This document shows, piece after piece, positions 9,301 through 16,166 of a DNA stretch of 64,000 bases. The stretch spans positions 4,833 to 68,832 of the forward strand of contig CAXBPY010000004.1 in NCBI GenBank assembly GCA_963977675.1. Direction: 5' to 3'. This stretch comes from an uncultured bacterium. GTDB lineage: Bacteria; Bacteroidota; Bacteroidia; Chitinophagales; UBA10324. The notes under the pieces are model-generated. The model was not told the origin of the DNA. It searched no databases and saw nothing but the letters and a program-made list of their open reading frames with translations. How positions within the stretch are numbered: the first letter of the stretch is position 1; each line of letters opens with the position of its first letter. The translations under genes were made by a program, and so were the position numbers.

Positions 9301-10235
9301 GCGGTGAAAGTTTGATTTGGAAGTAAGTCATCACCATTAACTGTTTGGACTCTCTTACCGGCAATCGATCCAATGTTTAAAAAATAATAAGTGTAATCAG
9401 AATAAATATTTTGGTTATGAATGAAAATATTTTTTGAAGTATCAAGCATCCAGCGATGTGGTCCTTGACCGTAAAAAAGAACAAAATCATTATCGTCAAA
9501 CTGGCCATCACTTTCGCCGCTTACCATTATTGAAACCTCTGAAAGGTCGTCTACTCTTGGGCTGCTGTTTGGTTCGGGCAGCATGCCTGCTCCGGCTGAA
9601 AAAATTCTTATTCTTTTTGGATTAATCTGATTTGTATTGATACCAAGCGAGGTCAAAAAATTTTTGTCAATCTTATAAACGCCATCAGTAGATACAGCTA
9701 TTTTATACCAAGTTCCGGATGAGAGAACCGAATTAGTAGCATAACTTTTTTGAAAATCTTTTTCAGGCAAATTGGAATTGTCGGAGACAAACGAATATGA
9801 CAATTGAAATGAGAGAAGTTTTTCTATTTCGCCTGTTGACTTATTTTTTTTCAGCGCCGGAACATAAATGTCGGCAACTCTTTTACCTTTTTCATATGCA
9901 ATTGTGTAATCAATATGAAGGTCTGAAGGGAAAATAAATTCGTCATTCAATTCTACAGATTTATAAACCGGATTCACTAATTCTATTATCGGAAGTGAAT
10001 TTACAGGAACATTTATAGTTGTGGTGTACACCGGAATACTTCCGAATCTTGAAAAATCAAATTCAGCACCGGTGAAGTCTAGCGTTTTTCTTTGCTGAGC
10101 ATCGGGAAATACAACATCACTTAAATCCAAACTCCAATCCGGTTGGATAACCGACGAAATCAAAGCTTGAGCGAATGCTCCTGAATAATAAATTCCGGAA
10201 AAAACTAACGAAAGAAAAAAAAGTTTGACTTTCAT
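6351..10235 (-). CDS. porU: Type IX secretion system sortase / C-terminal signal peptidase PorU (peptidase C25-like)
   Basis: About 1294 aa from MKVKLFFLSLVFSG (ATG 10235). The track ORF extends 32 codons further upstream with no signal peptide. Gingipain-like caspase-fold region (FNYLGHGG, ITATCDF) and C-terminal FPNPF...YVYRV beta-sandwich. Confidence 0.9.
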   Translation of the reverse strand: MKVKLFFLSLVFSGIYYSGAFAQALISSVIQPDWSLDLSDVVFPDAQQRKTLDFTGAEFDFSRFGSIPVYTTTINVPVNSLPIIELVNPVYKSVELNDEFIFPSDLHIDYTIAYEKGKRVADIYVPALKKNKSTGEIEKLLSFQLSYSFVSDNSNLPEKDFQKSYATNSVLSSGTWYKIAVSTDGVYKIDKNFLTSLGINTNQINPKRIRIFSAGAGMLPEPNSSPRVDDLSEVSIMVSGESDGQFDDNDFVLFYGQGPHRWMLDTSKNIFIHNQNIYSDYTYYFLNIGSIAGKRVQTVNGDDLLPNQTFTAFDDYAFHEADTANLLKSGRDWYGESFKYILTQNFGFNFPNMLSQTSGKIRMAVASHTITGQGSRYFSTSINGASVPDITIGETCADYTCPAADSAVRVFSFVPNSSSAINIILNYSSNANDASGWLNYIEINVKRALTMAGNEMPFRVISSIGSGNVSQYKIQSSSDILVWNVTDPFKPKQINLVDLGNGYSFIQKSDVLNEYISFTGSSFPPPVSFGKVKNQNLHGSSETDLIIVTPSKLKSSADELAELHRSSDNMKVKVFTTEQIYNEFGGGSPDPTAIRDFVKMFYDRANGDTMLMPKYLLLFGDASFDYKNRESDNTNLVPTFESYESLSTVTSYNTDDYFGFLDNNEGGNMNTLSIKMDIAVGRLPVKNETEAEDVINKIKIYKSSSSLGSWRNMVTFSADDGDSDTHINDCEEIANYVSLHYPLFNIDKIYLDAYRQISTPGGERYPDVNTAINNRIYEGTLIFNYLGHGGATGLAHERILSNEDFDSWTNICKLPLFITATCDFSGFDNPEIVSAGEHLMLNPNGGAIGLVTTVRLVYSFANKDLNLNFMKQVFETKNGNPISMGEALRRGKNNVTSDAINNRKFTLIGDPAISLINSSNQVLTSTIKSQPLNSTPDTLKALEKITVTGYVADVNGNKITDYNGIIYPTVYDKSVTYKTLSNNPGESPVKNFSLRKNLIYNGKASVTNGDFSFTFVVPKDINYQFGFGKFSYYAQNGISSASGYFDSVIVGGTAAGFVSDNSGPQIQIYMNDEKFVFGGMTDESPMLYVKLKDENGINTVGNGIGHDLTGMLDENSQSSFVMNDFYEANLDDYQSGVVKYPLKNISAGRHSVTVKAWDVYNNSSDAYTEFVVATSESMALSHVLNFPNPFTSQTEFMFENNIASGTLKVKIEIYSVSGKLVKTIMTEINQSGSAGCDVCTGVTNSGSFRVNGIMWDGNDDYGDPLAKGVYVYRVSVKSDDGLSATAFEKLVLLK

Positions 10236-10294
10236 GAAACAAAATTCAATGTTTAAAAGTATAAACCGTCTTGCGAAAAGAAGATTATTGTTGC

Positions 10295-10326
10295 ACAACG
10301 CAATTAAACAATCAATATTGCGTTGT
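10295..10326. promoter_or_regulatory. Perfect 10-bp inverted repeat ACAACGCAAT-N12-ATTGCGTTGT in the porU / sprF-like divergent intergenic region
   Basis: Read directly; lies between the divergent starts at 10235 (-) and 10352 (+). Confidence 0.5.
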
Positions 10327-10351
10327 ATCAAAATAAATTTTCCTCATTCGC

Positions 10352-11341
10352 TTGAACCACACAAAGCACCTTTACCTCTTGATTCTATCTCTCATTTATA
10401 GTGGATCAATCAAAGCGCAGGATGCTGAGTTTACTCAGTTTCTAAATGCTCCTTTGTATTTGAATCCTGCCTTTACTGGAGTTGCAATTGGTCCGCGATT
10501 CATGATAAATTATAGGAATGAATGGCCTGCGCTTGATAAAGCTTTTATCAGTTATCATGTTTCTTTTGATCAGGATATCGACAAAATAAATGGAGGTGTT
10601 GGTTTATCAGCTTTCAATGATGTACAGGCAAATGGATTATATTCTCAGTTACAATTTACAGGTAGCTATGCTTATCAGTTCAAAATGGACAACGAGACTG
10701 CAGTTCGCATAGGACTTAGTGCTTCCTACTCACAGATTAAGATAGATTTTAATAAATTGATTTTCGGAGATATGATTGATCCTGGAACCGTAACAGTTTC
10801 GATTCCAACAGGAGAACTTGTGCCATCAACTCTGACAAAGAGTTACTCCGATTTTGGCGCAGGTTTTTTATTATATAGCAAAAAACTTTTTATAGGTGGC
10901 GGAGTGAAGCATATTACTCAGCCTGCCCTCTCATTTTATAGTACAGATGACGGGCATTTACCTGTCAGGTTTGCTTTTCATTTCGGATATGAGTTTAAAA
11001 AGAACAGGCGATCTAAATCTTTTTTTACACCGAATGCCATGTATGCGATGCAGGGAAGATTTCATCAATTAAATGTTGGAGTAATGTCCGGAAGGGGAGT
11101 TTTAATCGGAGGATTAAATTATCGCCACGATTTCTCTAATCCAGATGCCTTCATTTTTATTTTGGGAATCAAGAAGGGCGTGTTTAAAGTAGCCTACAGT
11201 TATGATGAAACTTCTTCTGACCTAAAATCTAAAACTGGTGGCGCACATGAGATTTCAATATCAATTAATCTTGCGGATCAGAAAAATGCCGAAAAAATAA
11301 GACGATTGAAAAGATACACTGAATGTCCTTCAATTCTTTGA
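10352..11341 (+). CDS. PorP/SprF family type IX secretion system membrane protein
   Basis: 329 aa, TTG start; signal peptide followed by AQDAEFTQFLNAPLYLNPAFTG, the family's N-terminal hallmark. Confidence 0.88.
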   Translation: MNHTKHLYLLILSLIYSGSIKAQDAEFTQFLNAPLYLNPAFTGVAIGPRFMINYRNEWPALDKAFISYHVSFDQDIDKINGGVGLSAFNDVQANGLYSQLQFTGSYAYQFKMDNETAVRIGLSASYSQIKIDFNKLIFGDMIDPGTVTVSIPTGELVPSTLTKSYSDFGAGFLLYSKKLFIGGGVKHITQPALSFYSTDDGHLPVRFAFHFGYEFKKNRRSKSFFTPNAMYAMQGRFHQLNVGVMSGRGVLIGGLNYRHDFSNPDAFIFILGIKKGVFKVAYSYDETSSDLKSKTGGAHEISISINLADQKNAEKIRRLKRYTECPSIL

Positions 11342-11358
11342 CGATACAATAGTTTGAA

Positions 11359-11366
11359 TAAATTTG
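11359..11366 (+). promoter_or_regulatory. Putative -7 box TAAATTTG (with TTTG at 11337-11340) upstream of gldJ
   Basis: Exact TAnnTTTG followed by CG; -33-like TTTG 18 nt upstream; 33 nt before the gldJ ATG. Confidence 0.5.
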
Positions 11367-11399
11367 CGTTAATCCAATTTCACAATAAATCTAAAAGCA

Positions 11400-12929
11400 A
11401 TGCTTAAAAAGATTTCTCTCATATTGGCAGCCTCTGTGTTTGTACTTGCATCCTGCAAGAAGGATAAATCTTCTGTTACAGGATGGAACTATAATGACAA
11501 AAAATGGGGTGGCTTCCAGGTTTCTCTGAAGTTTAAAGGACAAGAAACCGGCCCTAATCTGGTATTGGTTCAAGGCGGCCGTTTCACAATGGGACAAACA
11601 GAACAGAATGTTAATTACAGTAACGATAATTTTCCACGATCTGTGTCTGTCGCTTCATTTTATCTTGATGAAACAGAGGTAGCTAATGCCCACTATCGTG
11701 AATATCTTTACTGGGTAAACAGGGTTTTCGGTGCAGATTTTCCTGAAGTTTATCGTAATGCTCTTCCAGATAGTTTATCATGGAGAAGAGAACTGGCCTA
11801 TAACGAACCATATGTTGAATATTATTTCCGTTACCCTGCATATGACTTTTATCCGGTTGTGGGTGTTACCTGGGTTCAGGCAAATGAATTCTGCAAATGG
11901 AGAACAGACCGAGTAAATGAAATGATAATGATTCGTGAAGGAATTTTGAAAGGCGGAGGTCAGCAAGTTGGACAGGATAACTTCAATACGGGCGCATATC
12001 TGATTGGCCAGTACGAAGGATTACCTAAAAAAGGAGTTAAGAGTTATGACCCACAGGGAAGCAGCCCAAGAAGAAAGGTGAGAGTTGAAGATGGAATTCT
12101 GTTACCAGAATATAGATTACCAACCGAAGCTGAATGGGAATATGCCGCACTTAGTTTAATAGGAAATAATATTTACACTGGAGAAGAAACCCAAACAGAT
12201 AGAAAAATTTATCCTTGGAACAACGATGTTCTTCGCGATTCAAAACATGGCACATGGCAAGGAGATTTTCTTGCTAACTACAAGCGCGACAGAGGTGATA
12301 ACATGGGTATAGCTGGTGGTTTAAATGATAATGCTGATATCACTGCTCCGGTATGGTCTTATATGCCGAATGATTATGGACTCTTTAACATGGCAGGCAA
12401 TGTAAGCGAATGGGTAATGGATGTTTACCGACCAATGACGCCCTATGATGAACAAGACTTCAACACATTCAGAGGTAATGTATTTTTTAAAGATAGCCTT
12501 GATGAAGATTATGCTCATGTTGATAAAGATTCATTAGGCCGTGTTGTGCAAATTCCGGTTACTGAATCTGAAAATATTAATCGCTTGAATTATAAAAAGT
12601 CAAATGTGATTGATTATCTGGATGGCGATACCTTGTCATGGGATGGTTATCAGTATGGAGTTTCATCTCTCATTAATAACAAAGCAAGAGTTTATAAAGG
12701 AGCAAGCTGGGCTGACCGCGCTTATTGGATGAGCCCCGGAACTCGCAGGTTCTTAGATGAAAATCAGGATTTGGCCACATTAGGTTTCAGATGTGCAATG
12801 GCTCGACTTGGAGGACCAGTTAGCAATGAAATGAAAGCCGGCGGATACTTTAAAGTTAAGGGACAAAAGAAAATTGATCCTAAAACTAAAAATGGTAAGG
12901 ACACTAAAAAGGATAAGACTTACTACTAA
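11400..12929 (+). CDS. gldJ: Gliding motility lipoprotein GldJ (FGE-sulfatase/SUMF1-like fold)
   Basis: 509 aa; lipobox LASC; GWNYNDKKWGGFQV N-terminus; SUMF1-type motifs (RLPTEAEWEYAA, GNVSEWV, RGASW); murF follows, as in Flavobacterium. Confidence 0.9.
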   Translation: MLKKISLILAASVFVLASCKKDKSSVTGWNYNDKKWGGFQVSLKFKGQETGPNLVLVQGGRFTMGQTEQNVNYSNDNFPRSVSVASFYLDETEVANAHYREYLYWVNRVFGADFPEVYRNALPDSLSWRRELAYNEPYVEYYFRYPAYDFYPVVGVTWVQANEFCKWRTDRVNEMIMIREGILKGGGQQVGQDNFNTGAYLIGQYEGLPKKGVKSYDPQGSSPRRKVRVEDGILLPEYRLPTEAEWEYAALSLIGNNIYTGEETQTDRKIYPWNNDVLRDSKHGTWQGDFLANYKRDRGDNMGIAGGLNDNADITAPVWSYMPNDYGLFNMAGNVSEWVMDVYRPMTPYDEQDFNTFRGNVFFKDSLDEDYAHVDKDSLGRVVQIPVTESENINRLNYKKSNVIDYLDGDTLSWDGYQYGVSSLINNKARVYKGASWADRAYWMSPGTRRFLDENQDLATLGFRCAMARLGGPVSNEMKAGGYFKVKGQKKIDPKTKNGKDTKKDKTYY

Positions 12930-12953
12930 TCATAGTTGAAAACAAATTTGAGA

Positions 12954-12987
12954 GTCCTCCGAAGAAATTCGGGGGACTTTTATTTTT
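12954..12987 (+). terminator. Rho-independent terminator after gldJ
   Basis: 10-bp stem GTCCTCCGAA/TTCGGGGGAC (one G-U pair), GAAA tetraloop, then TTTTATTTTT. Confidence 0.8.
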
Positions 12988-12998
12988 AGTCCCTGACA

Positions 12999-14300
12999 AT
13001 GGATATCAGTCAGCTTTATAACATTTTTAAAGGGTCAACAGGTGTTTCAACAGACACACGAAAAATTCAAAAAGGTAATTTGTTTTTTGCACTTAAAGGA
13101 CCAAACTTCAATGCTAACTTTCTGGTAAAGCAAGCCATTGAATCAGGAGCTTCTTATTGTGTAATTGATGAAAAAGAATTTTTTATTCCTGAAAAAACTA
13201 TTCTGGTGAAAGATGTTTTGCAAACACTTCAGCAGCTTGCACTTCATCATAGAAAAAATTTTTTGTTTCCTGTAATTGCAATTACAGGAAGTAATGGAAA
13301 AACAACTACGAAAGAACTGGCATCTGCCGTTCTTTCCACTTCATTTAAAACTTATTCGACTCCGGGAAATTTTAACAATCATATTGGAGTTCCAATCACC
13401 TTACTTTCTGTTCCAGCTGAAACGCAAATGCTGGTTATTGAACTAGGTGCAAATCATCTGGGAGAAAATAAGTTTCTCTGTGAATTATCTGAACCGGATT
13501 ATGGAATTATCACTAACAATGGGAAGGATCACCTGGAAGGTTATGGAGGATTAGAGGGTGTGAGGAAAGGAAACGGCGAAGTATATGAATACTTAAAAAG
13601 GAAAAATGCGAAGGCATTTGTTTCATCGGTTCAAGAGGATTTAATGGTTAATTCACAGACTATGAACCGGATCATTTATGGCGCGCATAAGAATTCAATT
13701 GTCAGTGCTCAAATCATCAAGTCTTTTCCTTTGTTACAAGTAAAATTATTGTTTGAAAATAATGAGACAGCCGAAGTTCAAACCCAACTGACAGGAGACT
13801 ATAATCTCGAAAATATTCTTGCCGCTTCAGCAATTGGTTATTATTTCAAGGTGAGTGTTTCGAAAATAAAATTCGCTATTGAAAATTATCGGCCGGCAAA
13901 TAATCGTTCTCAATTTTTAGAGAAGGATGGAAACAATTTTATTTTGGATGCTTACAACGCAAATCCAAGTAGCATGAAACTCGCTCTTGAAAATTTTTCA
14001 TTATTACCGCTTGAAAATAAAATTGCTGTGCTAGGAGAAATGGCAGAACTTGGAAAATATTCACTGGAAGAACATCAACTGATTTTGGATTTGTGTTCCT
14101 CAATTGAATTTAAAGAAATTTGGTTAGTTGGCAAAGAGTTTTCCATTGCTAAAACATCGAGTCAGCTTAAAAACAAAGAGGTAAAATTTTTTCAGGATGT
14201 TGAAGAAGCAAAAAAATATTTTCTGAAAAAAAAATTCACTGGATATTCGTTTTTGTTTAAAGGGTCAAGAAAAAATAAACTGGAACAAATGATTTTATGA
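12999..14300 (+). CDS. murF: UDP-N-acetylmuramoyl-tripeptide--D-alanyl-D-alanine ligase
   Basis: 433 aa; Mur ligase P-loop ITGSNGKTTTKE, DAYNANPSSM motif. Confidence 0.92.
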   Translation: MDISQLYNIFKGSTGVSTDTRKIQKGNLFFALKGPNFNANFLVKQAIESGASYCVIDEKEFFIPEKTILVKDVLQTLQQLALHHRKNFLFPVIAITGSNGKTTTKELASAVLSTSFKTYSTPGNFNNHIGVPITLLSVPAETQMLVIELGANHLGENKFLCELSEPDYGIITNNGKDHLEGYGGLEGVRKGNGEVYEYLKRKNAKAFVSSVQEDLMVNSQTMNRIIYGAHKNSIVSAQIIKSFPLLQVKLLFENNETAEVQTQLTGDYNLENILAASAIGYYFKVSVSKIKFAIENYRPANNRSQFLEKDGNNFILDAYNANPSSMKLALENFSLLPLENKIAVLGEMAELGKYSLEEHQLILDLCSSIEFKEIWLVGKEFSIAKTSSQLKNKEVKFFQDVEEAKKYFLKKKFTGYSFLFKGSRKNKLEQMIL

Positions 14301-14408
14301 TTTGTTTTCTGAACAAAAATTTATTCAGCGCTTAATAAACTCATTTACCTGAACAATACTTCTTCTTTTTTTTATCTCTGAATTATTGATTGGCTCCAAT
14401 TAAATTTC

Positions 14409-15615
14409 ATGCTAAAATTTCTTCGGCTATTCTTTCTCCATGCGGTCGTTTTTTCATTTACTGATTTAGCTGCCGCTCAGTCCGCTGATTCAACCGGACT
14501 TAATATGGAAACAGTTTATAACCGGCCTGCATTTCATTCATCAGGAAATCACACCGCAATCGGGGGGTATTCAGAAATGAAGGCAGAAAAATTTTTTGCT
14601 GACGGACAGCCCGAACCAATGGAATTCAATCTCCAGCGAATCTCTTTTTTCTTGCGCACGAAGGTGTCAGATAAAATTAGGTTTTTGATAGAAGGGGAAT
14701 TTATTGATGGAGGCAAACAAATCAATCTTAATTGTTCCGCTGTTGATTTCAGGTTTTGTTCATTGTTTAATCTGCGGGGCGGTGTAATTATAAATCCAAT
14801 CGGAATATTTAATCAGGTTCATGACGGACCTTTATATGAATTTACTGATCGACCGTTTTCATCAACTGAAATATTGCCCTCTACATTCAGCAGTGCAGGT
14901 TTTGGATTCTATGGTTTGAAGAAAATAAATAATTGGGCAATCGGATATGAAGCGTATATCACCAATGGATTCAGTTACGCAATTATCGATAATGAAAGCA
15001 GGCACACTTTGCTAAGCGCCTCTGTTGAAAATGGAATGTTGCCTATGAAAGAAACCAACGGACAAATGATGATGAATGGAAAATTTTCTGTAAGGCAAAA
15101 AAATGCAGGTGAGCTTGGGTTAAGTTGGAGGGGAGGGTGTATACAATACTTTTCAAATTCAGGGATTACAACTTGACGCACCGCGCCGTTTAGATGTAGC
15201 AGCCATGGATTACTCCAATGAAATTCATAAACTCAAAACAAAAATTACAGGAGAGTTTGCTTTTGTTTTTGTTCAGGTTCCATCAACATACACGCAGGTT
15301 TATGGATCTCAACAATATGGCGGGTTTCTGGATATTGCTCAACCAATTTATTCAGGTAAAATATTCAGAATTGAAAACTCGTCGATCGTTCTAGCTGCCA
15401 GGTTTGAGTATTTAGATCGAAATGTTGGTGTCTTCCGCGAAACAGGAGACAATATATTTGATGATATGTGGAGTATAACTGGTGGGCTAAATTTCCGGGC
15501 AAGCCAAAATTCTGTTCTCAAGCTGAATTATCTTTTAAAATCTCAGCGCGACATACTTGGAAATGATATGGGATTAGATTCCGGATTTATTTTTGGGATG
15601 TCGACTTATTTCTGA
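14409..15615 (+). pseudogene. Outer-membrane beta-barrel porin-like gene interrupted by a +1 frameshift
   Basis: Track ORFs 14409-15176 and 15205-15615 form one protein (signal peptide ... C-terminal GMSTYF). The second frame is open back to 15124 and reads GGEGVYNTFQIQGLQLDAPRRLDVAAMDY. The frames switch inside the G-run TGGAGGGGAGGGTG at about 15127-15138. Confidence 0.75.
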
Positions 15616-15701
15616 GCACATATTTTCAGAGTGAAAATCAAATCTTTTTCTGCGAAACAAGATTTGAATCATAGCGTATCAATTTCAAATTTTTCGCCAC
15701 C

Positions 15702-16166
15702 ATGCGTGGGATTGTACGCTTATTATTTATTCTTTCTCTTTTATTTTTTTCAAGAGAAAAATCCTTTTGCCAGAATTCAACTTCAGCTAAGGATAAATCT
15801 ATTTTACTGAATTTTCATCTTCAGAAAACTACTTCTGATCGCGAATTAGAATTAAAAGGCTTTGAAATAATCAACTACCGGAACAAGCAATTTGCTGCTG
15901 AACAGAAAATGAGTTCAGGCGATTTGCTGGCAGTGGTAAAGAGTCAAACCGGTGAAATTATTTCTCAGCAGATCATAGCTTCACCTCTTACTGAAACACT
16001 TGAAATTCCTTCAGCTGATGGTTCAATTAGTCAGTTAAAAGTTTCGAAAGATCAAAACGATTTCATAGTTCGGCTTTCTTACAATAATTCAGCTCAGAAA
16101 GTTGAGGTCTATCAACTGAATGAGAATAATCAACAAACACTACTCGCATCTTTCATTCTTAGATGA
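15702..16166 (+). CDS. Hypothetical secreted protein, translationally coupled to the M64 peptidase gene
   Basis: 154 aa; signal peptide MRGIVRLLFILSLLFFS; its stop overlaps the next start (ATGA at 16163-16166). Confidence 0.7.
   Translation: MRGIVRLLFILSLLFFSREKSFCQNSTSAKDKSILLNFHLQKTTSDRELELKGFEIINYRNKQFAAEQKMSSGDLLAVVKSQTGEIISQQIIASPLTETLEIPSADGSISQLKVSKDQNDFIVRLSYNNSAQKVEVYQLNENNQQTLLASFILR

Noticed and set aside
10236-10331. 32-codon N-terminal extension of the porU ORF in the supplied track
   Set aside because: The extension (MIQRNIDCLIALCNNN...) has no signal peptide and runs through the divergent promoter region and its palindrome. MKVKLFFLSLVFSG at 10235 is a canonical secretion signal.
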